Assembly (NCBI GenBank): GCA_964016885.1
Contig: OZ024740.1
Location: 77,004,001 to 77,068,000 of the forward strand
Reading direction: 5' to 3'
Source: Eledone cirrhosa
Lineage: Eukaryota
DNA: 64,000 bases
Below the pieces are notes generated by a model. That model did not search any database. It saw nothing but the letters and a program-made list of their open reading frames with translations, and had not been told where the DNA came from. A program made the position numbers and the translations under genes. Shown piece by piece: positions 34,701 to 46,700 of the stretch; positions within the stretch are counted from its first letter, which is position 1, and each line of letters starts with the position of its first letter.

Positions 34701-37700
34701 GTGCTATTCATGTTGATGTTGATGTTCGTATTGTTAGCGATGGTATTGGAGTTGACGTTGGTGTTGGTGTTGGTGGTGGGGCGGGTGTGCTGTTCATGTT
34801 GATGTTGGTGTTGTTAGCGATGGTGTTGGAGTTGGCGTTGGTGTTGGTGGTGGGGCTGGAGAGCTGTTGATGTTGATGTTCGTATTGTTAGCGATGGAAT
34901 TGGAGTTGGTGTTGATGTTGGTGGTGGGGCTGGAGTGCTGTTGATGTTGATGTTGGTGTTGTTAGCGATGGTATTGGTGTTGGCTTTGGCGTTGGTGTTG
35001 GTGGTGTGGCTGGAGTGCTGTTGATGTTGATGTTGGTGTTGTTAGCGATGGTATTGGAGTTGGCGTTGGTGTTGGTGGTGGTGGTGGGGCTGGAGTGCTG
35101 TTGATGTTGATGTTGGTGTTGTTAGCGATGGTATTGGTGTTGGCGTTGGTGTTGGTGTTGGTGGTGGGGCTGGAGTGCTGTTGATGTTGATGTTGGTGTT
35201 GTTAGCGATGGTATTGGTGTTGGCTTTGGCGTTGGTGTTGGTGGTGTGGCTGGAGTGCTGTTGATGTCGATGTTGGTGTTGTTAGCGATGGTGTTGGAGT
35301 TGGCGTTGGTGTTGGTGGTGGGGCTAGAGTGTTGCTGACGTTGATGTTGGTGTTGTTAGCGATGGTATTGGAGTTGGTGTTGGTGATGGTGGTGGGGCTG
35401 GAATGCTGTTTATGTTGATGTTGGTGTTGTTAGCGATGGTATTGGAGTTGGCGTTGGTGTTGGTGTTGGTGGTGGGGCTGGAGTGCTGTTGATATTGATG
35501 TTGGTGTTGTTAGCGATGGTATTGGAGTTGGTGTTGGAGGTGGGGCTGGAGTGCTGTCGATGTTGATGTTGATTTTGTTAGCGGTGGTATTGGAGTTGGC
35601 GTTGGTGTTGGTGGTGGGGCTGGAGTGCTGTTGATGTTGATGTTGGTGTTGTTAGCGGTGGTATTGCAGTTGGTGTTGTTGTTGGTGGTGGGGCTGGAGT
35701 GCTGTTGATGTTGATGTTGGTTTTCTTAGCGATGGTATTGGAGTTGGTGTTGGTGTTGGTGGTGGGGCTGGAGTGCTGTTGATGTTGATGTTGGTGTTGT
35801 TAGCGATGGTGTTGGAGTTGGCGTCGGTGTTGGTGTTGGGGCTGGAGTGCTGTTGATGTTGATGTTGGTGTTGTTAGCGATGTCATTGGAGGTGGCGTTG
35901 GTGTTGGTGGTGGGGCTGGAGTGTTGCTGATGTTGATGTTGGTGTTGTTAGCGATGGTATTGGAGTTGGCGTTGGTGTTGCTTGTGGGGCTGGAGTGCTG
36001 TTGATGTTAATGTTGGTGTTGTTAGCGATGGTATTGGAGTTGGCGTTGGTGTTGGTGGTGGGGCTGGAGTGCTGTTGATGTTGATGTTGGTGTTGTTAGC
36101 GATGGTATTGGAGTTGGCGTTGGTGTTGGTGGTGGGGCTGGAGTGCTGTTGATGTTGATGTTGGTGTTGTTAGCGATGGTATTGGTGTTGGCTTTGGCGT
36201 TGGTGTTGGTGGTGTGGCTGGAGTGCTGTTGATGTTGATGTTGGTGTTGTTAGCGATGGTATTGGAGTTGGCGTTGGTGTTGGTGGTGGTGGTGGGGCTG
36301 GAGTGCTGTTGATGTTGATGTTGGTGTTGTTAGCGATGGTATTGGTGTTGGCGTTGGTGTTGGTGTTGGTGGTGGGGCTGGAGTGCTGTTGATGTTGATG
36401 TTAGTGTTGTTAGCGATGGTATTGGAGTTGGCGTTGGTGTTGGTGTTGGTGGTGGGGCTGGAGTGCTGTTGATGTTGATGTTGGTGTTGTTAGCGATGGT
36501 ATTGGTGTTGGCGTTGGTGTTGGTGTTGGTGTTGGTGGTGGGGCTGGAGTGCTGTTGATGTTGATGTTGGTGTTGTTAGCGATGGTATTGGAGTTGGCGT
36601 TGGTGTTGGTGTTGGTGGTGGGGCTGGAGTGCTGTTGATGTTGATGTTGGTGTTGTTAGCGATGGTATTGGTGTTGGCGTTGGTGTTGGTGTTGGTGGTG
36701 GGGCTGGAGTGCTGTTGATGTTGATGTTGGTGTTGTTAGCGATGGTATTGGAGTTGATGTTGGTGTTGGGGCAGGAGTGCTGTTGATGTTGATGTAGGTG
36801 TTGATAGCGTTGGTATTGGTGTTGGCGTTGGCGTTGGTGTTGGTGGTGGGGCTGGAGTGCTGTTGATGTTGATGTTGGTGTTGTTAGCGATGGTATTGGA
36901 GTTGGCGTTGGTGTTGGTGGTGGGGCTGGAGTGCTGTTGATGTTGATGTTGGTGTTGTTAGCGATGGTATTGGAGGTGGCGTTGTTGTTGGTGGTGGGGC
37001 TGGAGTGCTGTTGATGTTGATGTTGGTGTTGTTAGCGATGTTATTGGAGTTGGCGTTGGTGATGGTGGTGGGGCTGGAGTGATGTTGATGTTGATGTTGG
37101 TGTTGTTAGCGATGGTATTGGAGGTGGCGTTGGTGTTGGTGGTGGGGTTGGAGTGCTGTTGATGTTGATGTTGGTGTTGTTAGCGATGGTATTGGAGGTG
37201 GCGTTGGTGTTGGTGGTGGGGCTGGAGTGCTGTTGATGTTGATGTTGGTGTTGTTAGCGATGGTACTGGAGGTGGCGTTGGTGTTGGTGGTGGGGCTGGA
37301 GTGCTGTTGATGTTGATGTTGGTGTTGTTAGCGATGGTATTGGAGTTGGCGTTGATGTTGGTGGTGGGGCTGGAGTGCTGTTGATGTTGATGTTGGTGTT
37401 GTTAGCGATGGTATTGGAGGTGGTGTTGGGGCTGGAGTGCTGTTGATGTTGATTTTGGTGTTGTTAGCGATGGTATTAGAGTTGGCGTTGATGTTGGTGG
37501 TGTCGCTGGAGTGCTGTTGATGTTGATGTTGGTTTTGTTAGCGATGGTATTGGAGGTGGCGTTGGTGTTGGTGGTGGGGCTGGAGTGCTGTTGATGTTGA
37601 TGTTGGTGTTGTTAGCGATGTTATTGGAGTTGGCATTGGTGATGGTGGTGGGGCTGGAGTGCTGTTGATGTTGATTTTGGTGTTGTTAGCGATGGTATTG

Positions 37701-40700
37701 GCGTTGGTGTTGATGTTGGTGGTGGGGTTGGAGTGCTGTTGATGTTGATGTTGGTGTTGTTAGCGATGGTATTGGAGTTGGCGTTGGTGTTGGTGGTGGG
37801 GCTGGAGTGCTGTTGATGTTGATGTTGGTGTTGTTAGCGATGGTATTGGAGTTGGCGTTGTTGTTGGTGTTGGTGGTTGGGCTGGAGTGCTATTCATGTT
37901 GATGTTGGTGTTGTTAGCGATGTTATTGGAGGTGGCGTTGGGGTTGGTGGTGGGGCTGGAGTGCTGTTGATGTTGATGTTCGTATTGTTAGCGATGGTAT
38001 TGGAGTTGGTGTTGGTGTTGGTGGTGGAGCTGGAGTGCTGTTGATGTTGATGTTGGTGTTGTTAGCGATGGTATTGAAGTTGGCGTTGGTGTTGGTGGTG
38101 GGGCTGGAGTGCTGTTGATGTTGATGTTGGTGTTGTTAGCGATGGTATTGGAGTTGGTGTTGGTGGTGGGGCTGGAGTGCTATTCATGTTGATGTTGATG
38201 TTCGTATTGTTAGCGATGGTATTGGAGTTGACGTTGGTGTTGGTGTTGGTGGTGGGGCGGGTGTGCTGTTCATGTTGATGTTGGTGTTGTTAGCGATGGT
38301 GTTGGAGTTGGCGTTGGTGTTGGTGGTGGGGCTGGAGAGCTGTTGATGTTGATGTTCGTATTGTTAGCGATGGAATTGGAGTTGGTGTTGATGTTGGTGG
38401 TGGGGCTGGAGTGCTGTTGATGTTGATGTTGGTGTTGTTAGCGATGGTGTTGGAGTTGGCGTTGGTGTTGGTGGTGGGGCTGGAGAGCTGTTGATGTTGA
38501 TGTTGGTGTTGTTAGCGATGGTATTGGACTTGGTGTTGGTTTTGTGGTGGGGTTGGAGTGCTGTTGATGTTGATGTTGGCGTTGTTATCGATGGTATTGG
38601 AGTTGGTGTTGATGTTGGAGTTGGTGTTGGTGTTGGAGTTGTTGTTGGGGCAGGAGTGCTGTTGATGTTGATGTTGGTGTTGTTAGCGATGGTATTGGAG
38701 TTGGTGTTGGTGGTGGGGCTGGAGTGCTATTCATGTTGATGTTGATGTTGGTGTTGTTAGCGATGGTATTGGAGTTGGTGTTGGTGTTGGAGTTGGTGTT
38801 GGGGCAGGAGTGCTGTTGATGTTGATGTTGGTGTTGTTAGCGATGGTATTGGAGTTGGCGTTGTTGTTGGTGTTGGGGCTGGAGTGCTGTTGATGTTGAT
38901 GTTGGTGTTGTTAGCGATTGTAATGGAGTTGGCGTTGGTGTTGGTGGTGGGGCTGGAGTGCTGTTGATGTTGATGTTGGTGCTGTTAGCGATTGTATTGG
39001 AGTTGGCGTTGGTGTTGGTGGTGGGGCTGGAGTGCTGTTGATGTTGATATTGGTGTTGTTAGCGATGGTATTGGAGTTGGCGTTGGTGTTGGTGGTGGGG
39101 CTGGAGTGCTGTTGATGTTGATGTTGGTGTTGTTAGCGCTGGTATTGGAGTTGGCGTTGGTTTTGGTTTTGGTGGCGGGGCTGGAGTGCTGTTGATGTTG
39201 ATGTTGGTGTTGTTAGCGATTGTATTGGAGTTAGCGTTGGTGTTGGTGGTGGGGCCGGAGTGGTGTTGTTAGCGATGGTATTGGAGTTGGTGTTGGTGCT
39301 GGTGGTGGGGCTGGTGTGCTGTTGATGTTGATGTTGGTGTTGTTAGCGATGTTATTGGAGGTGGCGTTGGTGTTGGTGGTGGGGCTGGAGTGCTGTTGAT
39401 GTTGATGTTGGTGTTGTTAGCGATGGTATTGGAGTTGGCGTTGGTGTTGGTGGTGGGGCTGGAGTGCTGTTGATGTTGATGTTGGTGTTGTTAGCGATGG
39501 TATTGGAGTTGGCGTTGGTGTTGGTGGTGGGGCTGGAGTGCTGTTGATGTTGATGTTGGTGCTGTTAGCGATTGTATTGGAGTTGGCGTTGGTGTTGGTG
39601 GTGGGGCTGGACTGCTGTTGATGTTGATGTTGGTGCTGTTAGCGATTGTATTGGAGTTGGCGTTGGTGTTGGTGGTGGGGCTGGAGTGCTGTTGATGTTG
39701 ATATTGGTGTTGTTAGCGATGGTATTGGAGTTGGCGTTGGTGTTGGTGGTGGGGCTGGAGTGCTGTTGATGTTGATGTTGGTGTTGTTAGCGCTGGTATT
39801 GGAGTTGGCGTTGGTTTTGGTTTTGGTGGCGGGGCTGGAGTGCTGTTGATGTTGATGTTGGTGTTGTTAGCGATTGTATTGGAGTTAGCGTTGGTGTTGG
39901 TGGTGGGGCCGGAGTGGTGTTGTTAGCGATGGTATTGGAGTTGGTGTTGGTGCTGGTGGTGGGGCTGGTGTGCTGTTGATGTTGATGTTGGTGTTGTTAG
40001 CGATGTTATTGGAGGTGGCGTTGGTGTTGGTGGTGGGGCTGGAGTGCTGTTGATGTTGATGTTGGTGTTGTTAGCGATGGTATTGGAGTTGGCGTTGGTG
40101 TTGGTGGTGGGGCTGGAGTGCTGTTGATGTTGATGTTGGTGTTGTTAGCGATGGTATTGGAGTTGGCGTTGGTGTTGGTGGTGAGGCTGGAGTGCTGTTG
40201 ATGTTGATGTTGGTGTTGTTTGCGATGGTATTGGAGTTGTCGTTGGTGTTGGGGCTGGAGTGCTGTTGATGTTGATGTTGATGTTGTTAGCGATGGTATT
40301 GGAGTTGGCGTTGGTGTTGGGGCTGGAGTGCTGTTGATGTTGATGTTGGTGTTGTTAGCGATGGTATTGGATTTGGCGTTGGTGTTGGTAGTGGTGCTAG
40401 AGTGCTGTTGATGTTGATGTTGGTGTTGTTAGCGATGGTATTGGAGTTGGCGTTGGTGTTGGTGGTGGGGTTGGAGTGTTGTTGATATTGATGTTGGTGT
40501 TGTTAGCGATGGTATTGGAGTTGGTTGTTGGTGTTGGTGGTGGGGCTGGAGTGCTGTTGATGTTGATGTTGGTGTTGTTAGAGATGGTTTGGGTGTTGGC
40601 GTTGGTATTGGTGGTGGGGCTGGAATGCTGTTTATGTTGATGTTAGTGTTGTTAGCGATGGTATTGGATTTGGCGATGGTGTTGGTGGTGGGGCTGGAGT

Positions 40701-43700
40701 GCTGTTGATGTTGATGTTGGTGTTGTTAGCGATGGTATTGGAGTTGGCGTTGGTGTTGGTGGTGGGGTTGGTGTGCTGTTGATGTTGATGTTGGTGTTGT
40801 TAGAGATAGTATTGGAGTTGGCGTTGGTGTTGGTGGTGGGGCTGGAGTGCTGTTGATGTTGATGTTGGTGTTGTTAGAGATGGTATTGGAGTTGGCGTTG
40901 GTGTTGGTGGTGGGGCTGGAATGCTGTTTATGTTGATGTTAGTGTTGTTAGCGATGGTATTGGAGTTGGCGATGGTGTTGGTGTTGGTGGTGGGGCTGGA
41001 GTGCTGTTGATGTTGATGTTGGTGTTGTTAGCGATGGTATTGGAGTTGACGTTGGTGTTGGTGTTGTTAGTGGGGCTGGAGTGCTGTTGATGTTGATGTT
41101 CGTATTGTTAGCGATGGTATTGGAGTTGACGTTGGTGTTGGTGTTGGTGGTGGGGCTGGAGTGCTGTTGATGTTGATGTTGGTGTTGTTAGCGATGGTAT
41201 TGGAGTTGGCGTTGTTGTTGGTGGTGGGGCTGGAGTGCTGTTCATGTTGATGTTGGTGTTGTTAGCGATGTTATTGGAGGTGGCGTTGGTGTTGGTTGGT
41301 GGGGCTGGAGTGCTGTTGATGTTGATGTTGGTGTTGTTAGCGATGGTATTGAAGTTGGCGTTGGTGTTGGTGGTGGGGCTGGAGTGCTGTTGCTGTTGAT
41401 GTTGGTGTTGTTAGCGATGGTATTGGAGTTGGCGTTGTTGTTGGTGGTGGGGCTGAAGTGCTGTTCATGTTGATGTTGGTGTTGTTAGCGATGTTATTGG
41501 AGGTGGCGTTGGTGTTGGTGGTGGGGCTGGAGTGCTGTTGATGTTGATGTTCGTATTGTTAGCGATGGTATTGGAGTTGGTGTTGGTGTTGGTGGTGGGG
41601 CTGGAGTGCTGTTGATGTTGATGTTGGTGTTGTTAGCGATGGTATTGAAGTTGGCGTTGGTGTTGGTGGTGGGGCTGGCGTGCTGTTGATGTTGATGTTG
41701 GTGTTGTTAGCGATGGTATTGGAGTTGGCGTTGTTGTTGGTGGTGGGGCTGGAGTGCTGTTCATGTTGATGTTGGTGTTGTTAGCGATGTTATTGGAGGT
41801 GGCGTTGGTGTTGGTGGTGGGGCTGGAGTGCTATTCATGTTGATGTTGATGTTCGTATTGTTAGCGATGGTATTGGAGTTGACGTTGGTGTTGGTGTTGG
41901 TGGTGGGGCGGGTGTGCTGTTCATGTTGATGTTGTGTTGTTAGCGATGGTATTGGAGTTGGTGTTGGTGTTGGTGGTGGGGCTGGAGTGCTGTTGATGTT
42001 GATGTTGGTGTTGTTAGCGATGGTGTTGGAGTTGGCGTTGGTGTTGGTGGTGGGGCTGGAGAGCTGTTGATGTTGATGTTGGTGTTGTTAGCGATGGTAT
42101 TGGAGTTGGTGTTGGTGTTGTGGTGGGGCTGGAGTGCTGTTGATGTTGATGTTGGTGTTTTTATCGACGGTATTGGAGTTGGTGTTGATGTTGGAGTTGG
42201 TGTTGGTGTTGTAGTTGTTGTTGGGGCAGGAGTGCTGTTGATGTTGATGTTGGTGTTGTTAGCGATGGTATTGGAGTTGGTGTTGGTGTTGGAGTTGGTG
42301 TTGGTGGTGGGGCTGGAGTGCTGTTGATGTTGATGTTGGTGCTGTTAGCGATTGTATTGGAGTTGGCGTTGGTGTTGGTGGTGGGGCTGGAGTGCTGTTG
42401 ATGTTGATATTGGTGTTGTTAGCGATGGTATTGGAGTTGGCGTTGGTGTTGGTGTTGGGGCTGGAGTGCTGTTGATGTTGATGTTGGTGTTGTTATCGCT
42501 GGTATTGGAGTTGGCGTTGGTTTTGGTTTTGGTGGCGGGGCAGGAGTGCTTTGTATGTTGATGTTGGTGTTGTTAGCGAAGGTATTCGAGTTGGCGTTGG
42601 TGTTAGTGTTGGTGGTGGGGCTGGAGTGCTGTTGATGTTGATGTTGGTGTTGTTAGCGCTGTTATTGGAGTTGGCGTTGGTTTTGGTTATGGTGGCGGGA
42701 CGGGAGTGTTGTTTATGTTGATGTTGGTGTTGTTAGCAAAGGTATTCGAGTTGGCGTTGGTGTTGGTGTTGGTGGTGGGGCTGGAGTGCTGTTGATGTTG
42801 ATGTTGGTGTTGTTAGCGATTGTATTGGAGTTGGTGTTGTTGTTGGTGGTGGGGCTGGAGAGCTGTTGATGTTGATGTTGGTGTTGTTAGCGCTGGTATT
42901 GGGGTTGGCGTTGGTTTTGGTTTTGGTGGCGGGGCGGGAGTGCTGTTGATGTTGATGTTGGTGTTGTTAGCGAAGGTATTCGAGTTGGCGTTGGTGTTGG
43001 TGTTGGTGGTGGGGCTGGAGTGCTGTTGATGTTGATGTTGGTGTTGTTAGCGATGTTATTGGAGGTGGCGTTGGTGTTGGTGGTGGGGCTGGAGTGCTGT
43101 TGATGTTGATGTTGGTGTTGTTAGCGATGGTATTGGAGTTGGCGTTGGTGTTGGTGGTGGGGCTGGAGGGCTGTTGATGTTGATGTTGGTGTTGTTTGCG
43201 ATGGTATTGGAGTTGTCGTTGGTGTTGGTGGTGGGGCTGGAGTGCTGTTGATGTTGATGTTGGTGTTGTTAGCGATGTTATTGGAGGTGGCGTTGGTGAT
43301 GGTGGTGGGGCTGGAGTGCTGTTGATGTTGATGTTGGTGTTGTTAGCGATGGTATTGGAGTTGTCGTTGGTGTTGGTGGTGGGGCTGGAGTGCTGTTGAT
43401 GTTGATGTTGGTGTTGTTAGCGATGGTATTGGAGTTGGCGTTGGTGTTGGGGCTGGAGTGCTGTTGATGTTGATGTTGGTGTTGTTAGCGATGGTATTGG
43501 ATTTGGCGTTGGTGTTGGTAGTGGTGCTGGAGTGCTGTTGATATTGATGTTGGTGTTGTTAGCGATGATTTGGGTGTTGGCGTTGGTGTTGGTGGTGGGG
43601 CTGGAGTGCAGTTGCTGTTGATGTTGGTGTTGTTAGCGATGGTTTGGGTGTTGGCGTTGGTGTTGGTGGTGGGGCTGGAGTGCTGTTGATGTTGATGTTG

Positions 43701-46700
43701 GTGTTGTTAGCGATGGTATTGGAGTTGACGTTGGTGTTGGTGTTGTTAGTGGGGCTGGAGTGCTGTTGATGTTGATGTTCGTATTGTTAGCGATGGTATT
43801 GGAGTTGACGTTGGTGTTGGTGTTGGTGGTGGGGCTGGAGTGCTGTTGATGTTGATGTTGGTGTTGTTAGCGATGGTATTGGAGTTGGCGTTGTTGTTGG
43901 TGGTGGGGCTGGAGTGCTGTTCATGTTGATGTTGGTGTTGTTAGCGATGTTATTGGAGGTGGCGTTGGTGTTGGTTGGTGGGGCTGGAGTGCTGTTGATG
44001 TTGATGTTGGTGTTGTTAGCGATGGTATTGAAGTTGGCGTTGGTGTTGGTGGTGGGGCTGGAGTGCTGTTGCTGTTGATGTTGGTGTTGTTAGCGATGGT
44101 ATTGGAGTTGGCGTTGTTGTTGGTGGTGGGGCTGAAGTGCTGTTCATGTTGATGTTGGTGTTGTTAGCGATGTTATTGGAGGTGGCGTTGGTGTTGGTGG
44201 TGGGGCTGGAGTGCTGTTGATGTTGATGTTCGTATTGTTAGCGATGGTATTGGAGTTGGTGTTGGTGTTGGTGGTGGGGCTGGAGTGCTGTTGATGTTGA
44301 TGTTGGTGTTGTTAGCGATGGTATTGAAGTTGGCGTTGGTGTTGGTGGTGGGGCTGGAGTGCTGTTGATGTTGATGTTGGTGTTGTTAGCGATGGTATTG
44401 GAGTTGGCGTTGTTGTTGGTGGTGGGGCTGGAGTGCTGTTCATGTTGATGTTGGTGTTGTTAGCGATGTTATTGGAGGTGGCGTTGGTGTTGGTGGTGGG
44501 GCTGGAGTGCTATTCATGTTGATGTTGATGTTCGTATTGTTAGCGATGGTATTGGAGTTGACGTTGGTGTTGGTGTTGGTGGTGGGGCAGGTGTGCTGTT
44601 CATGTTGATGTTGTGTTGTTAGCGATGGTATTGGAGTTGGTGTTGGTGTTGGTGGTGGGGCTGGAGTGCTGTTGATGTTGATGTTGGTGTTGTTAGCGAT
44701 GGTGTTGGAGTTGGCGTTGGTGTTGGTGGTGGGGCTGGAGAGCTGTTGATGTTGATGTTGGTGTTGTTAGCGATGGTATTGGAGTTGGTGTTGGTGTTGT
44801 GGTGGGGCTGGAGTGCTGTTGATGTTGATGTTGGTGTTTTTATCGACGGTATTGGAGTTGGTGTTGATGTTGGAGTTGGTGTTGGTGTTGTAGTTGTTGT
44901 TGGGGCAGGAGTGCTGTTGATGTTGATGTTGGTGTTGTTAGCGATGGTATTGGAGTTGGTGTTGGTGTTGGAGTTGGTGTTGGTGGTGGGGCTGGAGTGC
45001 TGTTGATGTTGATGTTGGTGCTGTTAGCGATTGTATTGGAGTTGGCGTTGGTGTTGGTGGTGGGGCTGGAGTGCTGTTGATGTTGATATTGGTGTTGTTA
45101 GCGATGGTATTGGAGTTGGCGTTGGTGTTGGTGTTGGGGCTGGAGTGCTGTTGATGTTGATGTTGGTGTTGTTATCGCTGGTATTGGAGTTGGCGTTGGT
45201 TTTGGTTTTGGTGGCGGGGCAGGAGTGCTTTGTATGTTGATGTTGGTGTTGTTAGCGAAGGTATTCGAGTTGGCGTTGGTGTTAGTGTTGGTGGTGGGGC
45301 TGGAGTGCTGTTGATGTTGATGTTGGTGTTGTTAGCGCTGTTATTGGAGTTGGCGTTGGTTTTGGTTATGGTGGCGGGACGGGAGTGTTGTTTATGTTGA
45401 TGTTGGTGTTGTTAGCAAAGGTATTCGAGTTGGCGTTGGTGTTGGTGTTGGTGGTGGGGCTGGAGTGCTGTTGATGTTGATGTTGGTGTTGTTAGCGATT
45501 GTATTGGAGTTGGTGTTGTTGTTGGTGGTGGGGCTGGAGTGCTGTTGATGTTGATGTTGGTGTTGTTAGCGCTGGTATTGGGGTTGGCGTTGGTTTTGGT
45601 TTTGGTGGCGGGGCGGGAGTGCTGTTGATGTTGATGTTGGTGTTGTTAGCGAAGGTATTCGAGTTGGCGTTGGTGTTGGTGTTGGTGGTGGGGCTGGAGT
45701 GCTGTTGATGTTGATGTTGGTGTTGTTAGCGATGTTATTGGAGGTGGCGTTGGTGTTGGTGGTGGGGCTGGAGTGCTGTTGATGTTGATGTTGGTGTTGT
45801 TAGCGATGGTATTGGAGTTGGCGTTGGTGTTGGTGGTGGGGCTGGAGGGCTGTTGATGTTGATGTTGGTGTTGTTTGCGATGGTATTGGAGTTGTCGTTG
45901 GTGTTGGTGGTGGGGCTGGAGTGCTGTTGATGTTGATGTTGGTGTTGTTAGCGATGTTATTGGAGGTGGCGTTGGTGTTGGTGGTGGGGCTGGAGTGCTG
46001 TTGATGTTGATGTTGGTGTTGTTAGCGATGGTATTGGAGTTGTCGTTGGTGTTGGTGGTGGGGCTGGAGTGCTGTTGATGTTGATGTTGGTGTTGTTAGC
46101 GATGGTATTGGAGTTGGCGTTGGTGTTGGGGCTGGAGTGCTGTTGATGTTGATGTTGGTGTTGTTAGCGATGGTATTGGATTTGGCGTTGGTGTTGGTAG
46201 TGGTGCTGGAGTGCTGTTGATATTGATGTTGGTGTTGTTAGCGATGATTTGGGTGTTGGCGTTGGTGTTGGTGGTGGGGCTGGAGTGCAGTTGCTGTTGA
46301 TGTTGGTGTTGTTAGCGATGGTTTGGGTGTTGGCGTTGGTGTTGGTGGTGGGGCTGGAGTACTGTTGATGTTGATGTTGGTGTTGTTAGCGATGGTATTG
46401 GAGTTGGCGTTGGTGTTGGTGGTGGGGTTGGAGTGTTGTTGATATTGATGTTGGTGTTGTTAGCGATGGTACTGGAGTTGGTTGTTGGTGTTGGTGGTGG
46501 GGCTGGAGTGCTGTTGATGTTGATGTTGGTGTTGTTAGAGATGGTATTGGAGTTGGCGTTGGTGTTGGTGGTGGGGCTGGAATGCTGTTTATGTTGATGT
46601 TAGTGTTGTTAGCGATGGTATTGGAGTTGGCGATGGTGTTGGTGGTGGGGCTGGAGTGCTGTTGATGTTGATGTTGGTGTTGTTAGCGATGGTATTGGAG

